64,000 nt of DNA from a virus: the IMG/VR virus record IMGVR_UViG_3300035703_000061, positions 10,486 to 74,485 of that record; one strand, written 5' to 3'. Positions 55,855 to 64,000 of the stretch are shown piece by piece. The notes beneath the pieces were generated by a model. That model ran no database searches and had not been told where the DNA came from. It worked only from the letters and a program-made list of their open reading frames with translations. The stretch's first letter is position 1, and each line of letters begins with the position of its first letter. Position numbers and translations under genes: made by a program.

Positions 55855-55998
55855 TCAGCCCTTCACGCGGAAAACAGTCTTCAGGCCCTCCAGCAGGAGC
55901 TGAAGAACGTTGTTGCTTTTCCAAGGGGAATGATCCAGAATTTGATCAGCAGCCGCAATGATAATGCCACCGATTACAAACCATTCTGCGCCGCTCAT
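55855..55998 (-). CDS. putative holin-like small membrane protein (47 aa, not in ORF track)
   Basis: MSGAEWFVIGGIIIAAADQILDHSPWKSNNVLQLLLEGLKTVFRVKG, directly upstream of the lysin. Confidence 0.6.
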   Translation of the reverse strand: MSGAEWFVIGGIIIAAADQILDHSPWKSNNVLQLLLEGLKTVFRVKG

Positions 55999-56026
55999 GA
56001 TGAACAATGCAATTGACATGAATACG

Positions 56027-56245
56027 CTAGCGCTTAATCTCTAGATTGCGCACTCTGATTTCCATCTCGCTCATTTTATCAGTGAGAGTGGAAAGCTTTT
56101 CTGTGACGGTTTCAATTTGCACAGCCACCTTTGCTTGTTGGGTGCCTACGGCAATAAGCATGGCACCTGTTGATAGAAGCATGCCAGCCGTAATGGTGGC
56201 TACGAAATTTGCAAGGCCGTCCTTGAAACTGTCCATAGCCATCAA
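56027..56245 (-). CDS. membrane protein with coiled coil (lysis region)
   Basis: One hydrophobic helix followed by heptads. Confidence 0.55.
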   Translation of the reverse strand: MMAMDSFKDGLANFVATITAGMLLSTGAMLIAVGTQQAKVAVQIETVTEKLSTLTDKMSEMEIRVRNLEIKR

Positions 56246-56321
56246 TCAATGCTTTCATTCTATAGAAGAACGCGAGCCGTTAATTAACGTTAAACTATGG
56301 ACAAGACAACTAAATAGTGCC

Positions 56322-56804
56322 ATGCCAAGAGCGAATGGTCCCGATGAGCTGCTTTATTCTCTCATTGAACTTCGCCCTGGTGACGCAAAGCGTAGATTTC
56401 GCAAAAGTATTTTTGAAGATTACTTTCTGAGGGGACCATTTGGGCAATGTGCTTGCGCCTATTGCGGAGAATGGAAAGAAAAGCTTACGATTGACCACAT
56501 TGTCCCCAAGAGCAAAGGAGGCCCACATTTCAGTCGTTGGAACATGCTTCCTGCATGCAAGGCCTGTAATCTCAAGAAAGGCAGTCTTCCAATGCTTGAG
56601 TGGTGGCGAGTGCAGCCATTTTGGACAGAAAAGCGAGAAGAAATTGTAATGGCATGGGTGTATTGCAACAGCTTTGTTAGTGCTCACACTGATCAGAAGG
56701 AGCTTGAAGCATGGTGCGAGAAGAAGGGGATTGTTCTGCCGATGCACCAAACAATTGAGCATGAAAAAACCCCCTTATGGGGGCTTTGTTGTAATGCCGC
56801 TTAG
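56322..56804 (+). CDS. HNH endonuclease (McrA-like)
   Basis: [32 protein letters not shown]. Confidence 0.85.
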   Translation: MPRANGPDELLYSLIELRPGDAKRRFRKSIFEDYFLRGPFGQCACAYCGEWKEKLTIDHIVPKSKGGPHFSRWNMLPACKACNLKKGSLPMLEWWRVQPFWTEKREEIVMAWVYCNSFVSAHTDQKELEAWCEKKGIVLPMHQTIEHEKTPLWGLCCNAA

Positions 56805-57148
56805 TCTTCTACTGGGGCGAAAGTAACTTGCCTGCCGGGAAGATCGTAGCGAATGCCTGGCATGGGACAGAATCCTCCTTCGCATTGTTGAGAAGCGTTC
56901 TCAAGAGCTTCAACAGCTTCTTGTTGTGGCTCGTTCTCCATGGTGAAGATGAGAAGATCAAGATACCAGCTTGCTTTCTTCAAATCTTCCAAGCCATTCT
57001 TGTCTTCATAGCGCCAAACATATTTGATGATGTTTCCCTTTAGGAAGCCCCTGAAGTCGTCTTTGTCCATTGAGGCTTCGATGGCCTCAATGCATTCAAT
57101 GCCACCGTTCTTGGCATAATGACGGGGATTTTTCACTGGGTCGTGCAT
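56801..57148 (-). CDS. DUF3310 family protein (T7 gp1.7-like)
   Basis: [40 protein letters not shown]. Confidence 0.85.
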   Translation of the reverse strand: MHDPVKNPRHYAKNGGIECIEAIEASMDKDDFRGFLKGNIIKYVWRYEDKNGLEDLKKASWYLDLLIFTMENEPQQEAVEALENASQQCEGGFCPMPGIRYDLPGRQVTFAPVED

Positions 57149-57150
57149 AG

Positions 57151-57858
57151 TTAGAACGAAGATTGGTAAAGATCAAAAGCCTCAAAGGCTTCTTTAAACA
57201 ATGGACGGGCGAGAGTGCTCAAAGCTTGAGCATAGGCCTGAATTTCGCCTTGGCTATCGGCCTTGTCTCGCAATGAAATGAAATGCAACAAAGCTTGCAA
57301 GCTACAGGTCCAGGTGAAGGACGTATAAGTGGACATCGGCAGAATGCCCCGTGCCTGCTCTTTGCTCACTCCAAGCGTCAGCAGCGCCTTGTAAGCCTGC
57401 TTAGTTTGCTCTAGAGCCTTGGCATATTCGATCATCGCCACTTGGTTCATGCTGGGCTCTAGGGGGCCGCTAGAGGCCTGCTTGTTGCTGGGGCTTTGCT
57501 GGCGGAACCCACGAGGCATGTAATAGGCTTCGTCGTCAGCTTCGCAGTAGCGAAAACTTTTCTCGTTCCAACCAAGCGTGTCATTGGCGAATGTACCACC
57601 AATTACATGCTTCCACCATTGCCGACAGACAAACAGCGGAGCTTTCACTTGCCATTTTGTGACAACGCCACGAAATGGACTGGTGTGCTGATGCTTGACA
57701 AGATAATTAAGAAGCTTTTGATCCCTTTCGGACCATTCGTTGCTTGTTTGATCAAAGCTTTGACGAGCATCGCAAACAATGTCTAGCGAAGTGCCCATCC
57801 AATCAATGAGACGCACAAAGCTGATGCCGTCCATCAGCGGATCAATTTTGTTCATCAT
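57151..57858 (-). CDS. thyX: flavin-dependent thymidylate synthase
   Basis: ARQS, HTSPF, APLFVCRQWWKH, NEKSFRY, EQARGILP, FISLR..SQGEI. Confidence 0.93.
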   Translation of the reverse strand: MMNKIDPLMDGISFVRLIDWMGTSLDIVCDARQSFDQTSNEWSERDQKLLNYLVKHQHTSPFRGVVTKWQVKAPLFVCRQWWKHVIGGTFANDTLGWNEKSFRYCEADDEAYYMPRGFRQQSPSNKQASSGPLEPSMNQVAMIEYAKALEQTKQAYKALLTLGVSKEQARGILPMSTYTSFTWTCSLQALLHFISLRDKADSQGEIQAYAQALSTLARPLFKEAFEAFDLYQSSF

Positions 57859-58064
57859 TTAGCCTTATCAAAGGTGATAAGAAAACGAAAAGTGGCGACG
57901 ATTAGCACCCAATTCCAAAAGCCCAACGAAAAGCTGGGAAACAGAAGGCCGGCGCAAATGCTCACAAGCCATGCTCGCAAGCACAAAAGGCCAAAAGCTG
58001 CAAGCAGCACACCTGCAGTTTCAGAAAGATCTTTAAGAAGATCGTCAGTTGTCTTGGTAAGCAT
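57855..58064 (-). CDS. small membrane protein
   Basis: Two hydrophobic stretches. Confidence 0.5.
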   Translation of the reverse strand: MLTKTTDDLLKDLSETAGVLLAAFGLLCLRAWLVSICAGLLFPSFSLGFWNWVLIVATFRFLITFDKAK

Positions 58065-58371
58065 TGGTGATCAGCGAGAGAGGCCGAAGTCGTTGCAAAC
58101 TGATTGTAGGAGCAATGTCCGTAGTTGAATGCCAGCGTACTCGTGCCTTCTTGGCTGGTCCGCTTGCATCAAAGCCTTCAATGGTACCAACAATGGAAGA
58201 TGGCATCCATCCTGCTGCCGTACGTTGTACGTACACAACGTCCTGTCCTGGAAGCCATTCATGGTTGCGAGGCGTGCGAGGGAGCTTGTAGGGACGGTAG
58301 CCCGTCCCGCATTGTACGGCATTCTTCCCATCGTCCACCCGATAAACAAACTGCTTGCCAAATCGCTGCAT
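58045..58371 (-). CDS. hypothetical protein
   Basis: 108 aa, operon context. Confidence 0.55.
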   Translation of the reverse strand: MQRFGKQFVYRVDDGKNAVQCGTGYRPYKLPRTPRNHEWLPGQDVVYVQRTAAGWMPSSIVGTIEGFDASGPAKKARVRWHSTTDIAPTISLQRLRPLSLITNAYQDN

Positions 58372-58401
58372 GGCTAGGCTAAACGAAACAATGCAAGAAC
58401 A

Positions 58402-58776
58402 ATGAGCACTTTCTCCATTCCAATCGGCCTAAAATACAATGGTCAAGATTGTATTGGCGTTATGGGGCCTTTTGAACGGAGCATGGAGCGAGACTTCGCT
58501 CTCGTTGCCAATAAAAAGGCACTGAGTGAATGCAATGACATTGAGAAGCTGCGTGAAGTGGCTTGCACAATGATGGAAGGTTGGAGCAATATGCAAGAGG
58601 CAGTGACTGCCTTGGTCAAGGAGAATCTTGAACTGCGTCAAGCTATGCAGCTTCAAGAGCGTGACTTGCAAGCTGCTGATGAGCTTCTTGGTGAAGCTGC
58701 TGAAGCTGTTACGCGCTTCGCAGAGAAGCAGCAATCTGCTCAAGCCAAGAAGTTTCCTTGGCCGTTTGGCTGGTAA
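58402..58776 (+). CDS. hypothetical coiled-coil protein
   Basis: 124 aa, divergent from the thyX operon. Confidence 0.65.
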   Translation: MSTFSIPIGLKYNGQDCIGVMGPFERSMERDFALVANKKALSECNDIEKLREVACTMMEGWSNMQEAVTALVKENLELRQAMQLQERDLQAADELLGEAAEAVTRFAEKQQSAQAKKFPWPFGW

Positions 58777-59071
58777 GAAGAAACACTTTCCAACCTCCCA
58801 TAGTGGCAAGATTAAACTTACGAGCATCACGCTCGTAGCCTGAGCCGGTCACGTGGCGTCCGCGATTAAATGTGCCGCCTTGTATTTCAATGAGAGAGCG
58901 AGAGGGTAGATGAGCGAAGTCTGCCCTGTAACGCTTTGAACGCTTGCTTTTTGCATAGCGCTCTTGAAAATCTGCTTCCCACGTTTCTACGTCGCTGTAT
59001 TCCCTAATCAATGGGAGATCCGGGAAATGCGCTTGCCATAGCCCTAGGAATTGGTCTTCTAGCAGGCTCAT
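58709..59071 (-). CDS. PD-(D/E)XK (Vsr/DUF559-like) endonuclease
   Basis: SLLEDQF..YRADFA..IEIQGG..RH..DARKFNLA..GWKVF. Confidence 0.8.
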   Translation of the reverse strand: MSLLEDQFLGLWQAHFPDLPLIREYSDVETWEADFQERYAKSKRSKRYRADFAHLPSRSLIEIQGGTFNRGRHVTGSGYERDARKFNLATMGGWKVFLLTSQTAKETSWLEQIAASLRSA

Positions 59072-59091
59072 TGAATGCGCTCCTCACGCCC

Positions 59092-59146
59092 TTGCCGGAC
59101 CGGACCCCGCCGCTCCTATTCCTGCCTGGCCTGGCCACGCCTCGCC
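59092..59146. repeat. GC-rich pentamer-phased repeat (NNNCC)x11
   Basis: TTGCC GGACC GGACC CCGCC GCTCC TATTC CTGCC TGGCC TGGCC ACGCC TCGCC. Confidence 0.75.
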
Positions 59147-59158
59147 AAGACACAAATA

Positions 59159-59956
59159 CTAGCACGCTTGATTCAGTTTCCAGTCCAAGTCAACGCCTTT
59201 TCCTAAATTGCACCAGTCGCATAGCGTTTGAAGGTTGCTTTCGTGATTCGTTCCACCTTTTGCCACTGGCACTCGATGGTCAATGTGCAAGACACAGTCC
59301 TTGTCGGTGCGAGGGCTCCTTCCACAATCAACACAAGAATAGTTATCGCGATCCAAAACAAGCCGTCTCGTCTTGAGCGAGATGTTTCTCCTTTTGGACT
59401 TAAGCTTAGGCGAATTACTCGACGCCACAGCCTCTTGAATGCAAGCCCTAACGGTTTCCGGTTTTACTATATCTTTGAAGTACGCAAAACAGAAGGGCTC
59501 TGAATTGTAGTCATACCTGTTGAATATAAATGATGGCACGCGAGCATTTGCAAAGGAATTCAAGAAGCAGTCCCAATAGCCCTCGTGATGAAAAGTCTTC
59601 TCAAAGTAAAGCTGAAAAAACGAGTCTCGGCAAGCATCGTCTCGCATGTACCACGTATGGTGCAAGCAGTCTTTTGTTGGGTAATAAAAAACGTTATTTA
59701 AGTAGGAGCAAGATGGATCCGTGTCGCAGAGCAACGCTTCGCCACGCGTTATCCCAAAGCCCCACCGAAAATGAGCAAAGCGCTCGTTTGGCCACTTTGT
59801 CTCAGCGAGAATGATGAATGGCCTAACAATTGCTTCTTCTGGGGACTCGTAGGGTTCCCAAATATGCTCAACTTTGCTCTGCTTAAACAAGATCACAGAG
59901 CATCGTGTCTTGCGATCATCTGACTGCGGCAGAACCGGCAGGATAAGCTCTTTCAT
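59159..59956 (-). CDS. protein with C-terminal HNH domain and unknown N-terminal domain
   Basis: RRLVLDRDNYSCVDCG..LHIDHRVPVAKGGTN..NLQTLCDWCNLGK. Confidence 0.82.
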   Translation of the reverse strand: MKELILPVLPQSDDRKTRCSVILFKQSKVEHIWEPYESPEEAIVRPFIILAETKWPNERFAHFRWGFGITRGEALLCDTDPSCSYLNNVFYYPTKDCLHHTWYMRDDACRDSFFQLYFEKTFHHEGYWDCFLNSFANARVPSFIFNRYDYNSEPFCFAYFKDIVKPETVRACIQEAVASSNSPKLKSKRRNISLKTRRLVLDRDNYSCVDCGRSPRTDKDCVLHIDHRVPVAKGGTNHESNLQTLCDWCNLGKGVDLDWKLNQAC

Positions 59957-60007
59957 GGTTGGCAAAAGAATGGAGGGTCGTCCCCTCCATTGAACAACAA
60001 TTAAATC

Positions 60008-60604
60008 TCAAACCCTAGGAGTAGCTGGCGCGAGTCCTTGGTTTTGATATTTTCCATCGCCGTAGTCTTGAGCTGAGTCGGAATTAAGACGCAAGAACAT
60101 AACTTGGACGATGCCTTCGTTTGCGTACACTCGCACGGGGAAAGCCAAAGGATTGACAATAGAAATAGTAAGGTGACCACTCCAACCAGGCTCAATCGGG
60201 CACACGTTAAGAATCGTACCTTGTCGAGCATATGTGCTCTTGCCGTCAGTGATCCCCATAATGTTAGACGGTATTGTCAGGAGTTCCACACTTACGCCAA
60301 GAGCGTAGGAGAACGGGGGCAGCACGAAGAACGTTGAGCCATTCTTCTCGATAGGCTCAGCTTCCACCATTAGCTCCTTGTTGAAGGCTTTCACGTCAAG
60401 CACTTCGCCTTGACCAATGGCAGCGGCGTAATTATTGATGACCATAAACCCTTTGGGGGATAAACGGAGGTCATACCCTGCATGACTTAAGCCGTATGAG
60501 AGGGCTTTGGTTCCATTGGGAAGCTCTCTGGTTTTCTCCCCGACGAAAGGAAAAATAATATCATTTTCAGCAAGAATGCTGATTTCCTTGTCATTAAGAA
60601 GCAT
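60008..60604 (-). CDS. dcd: dCTP deaminase
   Basis: LSYGLSHAGYDLRL, GKSTYARQG, PIEPGWSGHLT, YANEGIVQ, GKYQNQ. Confidence 0.93.
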   Translation of the reverse strand: MLLNDKEISILAENDIIFPFVGEKTRELPNGTKALSYGLSHAGYDLRLSPKGFMVINNYAAAIGQGEVLDVKAFNKELMVEAEPIEKNGSTFFVLPPFSYALGVSVELLTIPSNIMGITDGKSTYARQGTILNVCPIEPGWSGHLTISIVNPLAFPVRVYANEGIVQVMFLRLNSDSAQDYGDGKYQNQGLAPATPRV

Positions 60605-60669
60605 GGCTTTGGAAAAAGAAAGGGGCTCTTAAGAGCCCCGTTTGCAAAAAGGAAAAGCTTTAGAACGAA

Positions 60670-60939
60670 TCAAAAGGGATCGTCGGAGAAGCTTTGCTTG
60701 GCCTTATTACCATTGTCCCACATCGAAGCGTAGGCCTTGGGAGAATTGTCAAGCTTGTTGACAGTCACTTGCCCTTTAAAATGAGGGGCGGTGTCCTTGT
60801 CGCGCTTGTCATTGTCCCAAAGAGCAAAACGCAGAGAGTAGTTTCCTTGGGGGTTGGTGCCGGCTTTCTTCATGGCATTGAGGATGTCAGGAGTGAGATC
60901 GAGAGTGCCAGAGAAAGCAGGAGAATTGCCAGCGGGCAT
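60670..60939 (-). CDS. putative single-stranded DNA-binding protein
   Basis: DKDTAPHFKG, acidic-aromatic C-terminus SDDPF; next to the exonuclease. Confidence 0.55.
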   Translation of the reverse strand: MPAGNSPAFSGTLDLTPDILNAMKKAGTNPQGNYSLRFALWDNDKRDKDTAPHFKGQVTVNKLDNSPKAYASMWDNGNKAKQSFSDDPF

Positions 60940-61010
60940 TGAGTGGTCCTCAGAGGAGTGTAGTAGGCCCTGGAAGGGGCATCAGAAGCATAGCGCTATG
61001 GACGGAGGAG

Positions 61011-61775
61011 TCAAGCCCCACGGTCCATAGAAATTGTTAAGGGCTTTCTGCCTGGGTAGTGGTCAAAGAAGAACTGCTGCACCTTCTGCACCATGATGCC
61101 TGCCTGCATAGCAAGCTCCGCTGCTGAAAGGCTTACAACTTGCGCTTCCTGACCAGCTCCCGTGTCGGGATCGTAAATGGCAATGGCACAATGCGCTTCA
61201 TTGACTTCGATGTCGTACATCTGTTCAATGGCCTGCACGTAAGCGCCAAGCTGCATGCGATAGTCGGCTAGCTGTGTATCAGGCTTTGCCTTGTAGCTCG
61301 TCTTCCAATCCAGCAGCGCATAGGCGCCGCTGTTCATTTTGGCGAGCATATCAAAAGTGCCTGAGTAGCCAATTTCTTGCGCAGGATCGTACCAAGCAAT
61401 GGCACTTTCAACTAGCAGCGGACTATCTACGCGCTCAAGAAAACCAACGATGCTCTCAAAATAAGGCACGTAGTTTTCATGAGAATCAAGATGCGTTTGG
61501 ATGTCTTCGCCATTCCAGAAATCTTCTAGAACACCGTGAAGCCAATTGCCTCGATCCACTGCATTACGAGTGCGACGATTAGCCTCTTCATCCCCGACTT
61601 TCCTGCGCCAGTTCATGAGCGCTGCAATCTTGCCAGGCGACGAACACGCGCTCGCAATAGTTGTCACAGAGGGCAAAACACACCCTGCGGGAACATTGGG
61701 AAAATCGTCGCAAACGTAATAGCGCTTCTTGTTCAGTTGGATCCGATTGGGTTCGTAGCGGAGAAACGCTGGCAT
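61011..61775 (-). CDS. PD-(D/E)XK exonuclease
   Basis: LPSVTTI, RGNWLH, YSGTFD, LDWKTS, QLGAY. Confidence 0.88.
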   Translation of the reverse strand: MPAFLRYEPNRIQLNKKRYYVCDDFPNVPAGCVLPSVTTIASACSSPGKIAALMNWRRKVGDEEANRRTRNAVDRGNWLHGVLEDFWNGEDIQTHLDSHENYVPYFESIVGFLERVDSPLLVESAIAWYDPAQEIGYSGTFDMLAKMNSGAYALLDWKTSYKAKPDTQLADYRMQLGAYVQAIEQMYDIEVNEAHCAIAIYDPDTGAGQEAQVVSLSAAELAMQAGIMVQKVQQFFFDHYPGRKPLTISMDRGA

Positions 61776-61810
61776 TTGAAGAGAGGCAAGGCATAAATCG
61801 TAACAAGCCA

Positions 61811-62041
61811 TTAATCATGGCTATTGATGTGAGAATTAATGTCGTATTGCGCTTGATCAATGGCGGAGTCCATGTGCAGCAAACCATCTTTAATCTCCGC
61901 AATATCGTTTTTAAACTGCGCCAAAAGATTAAACAAGCGCTCAATACTCACGCCATCTTTTTCCATTAAACACTTAGCCATCATTCGCCCATCGGGAGAA
62001 AGCGCGTCAGACGCAAGGACTGTTTCTTTGTTGGTTTTCAT
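61811..62041 (-). CDS. hypothetical protein
   Basis: 76 aa, coupled to the upstream ORF. Confidence 0.55.
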   Translation of the reverse strand: MKTNKETVLASDALSPDGRMMAKCLMEKDGVSIERLFNLLAQFKNDIAEIKDGLLHMDSAIDQAQYDINSHINSHD

Positions 62042-62358
62042 TTTTCATTCATGTCCCAGAAGTAGTCGCAGCCTTCTTCGTCGCATGGAGGCGTAGCGAA
62101 ATAGCTTTGCCAACGACTTGCAGGCGCCATATAGCGCCAGCAGTTTTCTTTAACAGGGCATTCAGCCCCCGTGCACATTGCAATGTCAGGCATGAGGATA
62201 GTTCGAGCAGTTTGATGAAGGAATTGCTTGTCAGCCAAAGGATGATTAGCAACGGCTTCAAGAACAGCAGCAATACGACGATCACTGCTAAGCGTGTCTT
62301 CAGGAAAGCTCCAGAACGCTTCATGACAAGCATCAATCAGAGAGCGACGATTGTGCAC
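62038..62358 (-). CDS. hypothetical Cys-rich protein
   Basis: PDIAMCTGAECPVKENCWRY..QSYF..CDYFW. Confidence 0.65.
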   Translation of the reverse strand: MHNRRSLIDACHEAFWSFPEDTLSSDRRIAAVLEAVANHPLADKQFLHQTARTILMPDIAMCTGAECPVKENCWRYMAPASRWQSYFATPPCDEEGCDYFWDMNEK

Positions 62359-62545
62359 GCTTTTCTTCCATCATTTCGTATTCTTCAACCATGGTTGCCA
62401 TTGCAGCCATTACTGAAGTTTCAAAGAAACCGCAGGCCAAAACAAACTGCTTGAAATGTTCGGTAATTTCAGGACAGTAGATGTTGTGGAACGAATAGGA
62501 GACTTTGGTTTCTCCTTCTTCGTAAAGGAAAGTGAAGCGACTCAT
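62333..62545 (-). CDS. hypothetical protein
   Basis: MSRFTFLYEE..HFKQFVLACGF. Confidence 0.6.
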   Translation of the reverse strand: MSRFTFLYEEGETKVSYSFHNIYCPEITEHFKQFVLACGFFETSVMAAMATMVEEYEMMEEKRAQSSLSD

Positions 62546-62676
62546 GGGAGAATCAGCGAAAGGATAGCCAGAATTGACAGGGCAATGATCAGGCATGCGA
62601 AGGTGACGAGAAGGAACAGGCCAAGAGGATCATTTGCCAAATAGGGCGGGAGGAAGCTCAGTAATGGGAATGGCAT
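62542..62676 (-). CDS. small single-pass membrane protein (44 aa, not in ORF track)
   Basis: MPFPLLSFLPPYLANDPLGLFLLVTFACLIIALSILAILSLILP; ATGA overlap with the next gene. Confidence 0.5.
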   Translation of the reverse strand: MPFPLLSFLPPYLANDPLGLFLLVTFACLIIALSILAILSLILP

Positions 62677-62733
62677 CATCATCAATGCAAACTGCTCCAG
62701 CAAAGGCCCGCGCTAAGCGGGCCGCTGCCAGGT

Positions 62734-63687
62734 CTATTGCTTTTTTGCTACGAAAGCTTTCATGCCTTCAATAATGGCGGCAGTATCCTCAAGACCGCGA
62801 ACAGAATTGATTTCTTCAGTCATTTCAGCTTTGCTGATGACAATTTGCTCCTGCTTTGCCCATAGCGTCATCATTGCTGCGACGACGTTTCCGAAGGCTT
62901 GCCAGCTTTTGACTTCCGTGGCGCGAGCAAGTCCAATGCTTTCAAGAGCAGCTTTGCCTGCAGCCATAGAAGCTTTCTCGTCGGCATAGTTCAACGGATT
63001 GGCTTTGCAAACTGCTGTGAGAGCTGCTTTTGCATCGAAGGGCTCAGCGGACCCTGTATCAATGGTGGCAGTAGCCCCTTCCGCTCCAGCATCAGAAGTG
63101 CCACCAGTAGTTGCCGTCGCATCCTTCTTGGCCGCACGAGCAGGCTTTGGGACATCTTGCTGCTGCGCCGGCTTCGGCGCTTCTTCTTTGGGGATGTCCT
63201 CTCCGGCATAGAGCCGAAGACCAAGGCCCGTGAACGTAGCGATAGCCTTGACGCTCGCACGTTGGATGTTGTCGCTAATGGCACGACCATCAAGCTGCTG
63301 AATGGAGTTGTGCTTCCTATCCATCACAGGGAACACGAGAGCAGGCGTGCGACGCACGCCGTCTGTGAGATAGGGACGAAGGATGAAAGCGCCAGGCTCG
63401 CCAAACACAGGCCAGCCAATAGTCTTCTCTTCAAAGGCCACGAAGAGCGTCGGAAAATGCTCCTTCAGGTAGCGGAAGGCAAAAGGCCACGACAGGTAGG
63501 AAAGGCCTTTGTAGTCCTTTTCAATGTGAGGTCCGATGTCCGGCGTATCGTAAGCAGCGCGAAATGCTTCAGCGCTGATTTCGAGCGGAGTGAACATACC
63601 AAGAGAGCGTTCAATCATTGCTTGTTTTGCGGGATCTTCCATGCTGGAAAAGTCGGAGTGGGAATAGGTGAGGATGGCGTGGTTCAT
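62734..63687 (-). CDS. single-strand annealing protein, Sak3/DUF1071-like
   Basis: IEKDYKGLSYLSW, PVMD, IQRASVKAIA..GLGLRLYAGEDIP. Confidence 0.82.
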   Translation of the reverse strand: MNHAILTYSHSDFSSMEDPAKQAMIERSLGMFTPLEISAEAFRAAYDTPDIGPHIEKDYKGLSYLSWPFAFRYLKEHFPTLFVAFEEKTIGWPVFGEPGAFILRPYLTDGVRRTPALVFPVMDRKHNSIQQLDGRAISDNIQRASVKAIATFTGLGLRLYAGEDIPKEEAPKPAQQQDVPKPARAAKKDATATTGGTSDAGAEGATATIDTGSAEPFDAKAALTAVCKANPLNYADEKASMAAGKAALESIGLARATEVKSWQAFGNVVAAMMTLWAKQEQIVISKAEMTEEINSVRGLEDTAAIIEGMKAFVAKKQ

Positions 63688-63875
63688 TCTTCTGGGAAGG
63701 CAAAATGCCAATCAAGAAGGTATTCTTCGCTTCCCCTATCAAAGGAAAGCCGTAAGTCAAGCACGAGCACTCCAGTGTCAGAAAGGAAGCAATCAAGACA
63801 ATGAATCACATCATGGTCCATTACTTTCATCCGAGCAGAAAGCTCAGACGTTGTGAGATTGGGAAAATCTGTCAT
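63684..63875 (-). CDS. hypothetical protein
   Basis: ATGA-coupled on both sides. Confidence 0.55.
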   Translation of the reverse strand: MTDFPNLTTSELSARMKVMDHDVIHCLDCFLSDTGVLVLDLRLSFDRGSEEYLLDWHFAFPEE

Positions 63876-64000
63876 TCCAAGGAAGCCACTGCTTTGCAAC
63901 CAAATCCCGAGGGTTGATATTCGCCATACATAATGACAAACATCTTCTCAGGATTTTCAGCCTTGTTAATAAGACTGTCGCCAGGAAGCGGCCAGTCGTT
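63872..64000 (-). CDS. hypothetical protein (5' partial)
   Basis: Open frame from the window edge to a TGA overlapping the next ATG. Confidence 0.4.
   Translation of the reverse strand, partial: NDWPLPGDSLINKAENPEKMFVIMYGEYQPSGFGCKAVASLE

Noticed and set aside
61011-61775. CRISPR-associated Cas4
   Set aside because: Lacks the four-Cys Fe-S pattern and sits with SSB-like and annealase genes as a recombination exonuclease
62899-63804. 301 aa plus-strand ORF and similar long antisense ORFs (14510..15226, 25280..25861)
   Set aside because: Shadow frames opposite well-supported genes
1-64000. Alternative genetic code
   Set aside because: Long genes are intact under code 11 and all three stop codons terminate genes

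Overview
A 64 kb segment of a tailed dsDNA phage with siphovirus-like tail genes, most likely infecting picocyanobacteria (Synechococcus/Cyanobium). Host evidence is a cyanophage-type class I ribonucleotide reductase, a CP12-like C-terminus and small ORFs typical of cyanophages. Layout: small early-type ORFs (1-2 kb); a repeat- and palindrome-rich non-coding block around a Gp88-like gene (2.66-6.2 kb); nrdA/nrdB; a ~460 nt highly structured non-coding region; a metallophosphoesterase; tRNA-Leu(UAA) with a structured leader; and a minus-strand large terminase divergent from a DUF1073-type portal. The head module is interrupted by a seven-gene sugar-modification/glycosyltransferase island and continues with a DUF2213-type protease/scaffold, decoration protein and DUF2184-type capsid. 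Neck, tail, tape measure, tail tip and fibre genes follow, then lysis genes and a minus-strand nucleotide/recombination module (thyX, dcd, exonuclease, Sak3-like annealase). Six HNH-type genes and one GIY-YIG-like gene are scattered through the window. Main findings: two candidate structured ncRNAs with kissing-loop or pseudoknot complementarity; a second -1 frameshift signal in a head-module gene besides the usual tail chaperone one; a recurring [RK]-x-D motif in head proteins; the glycosylation island; and a shared two-hairpin leader with a possible antisense promoter on both NUMOD4-HNH genes. All family names come from motif recognition by eye, not database searches.
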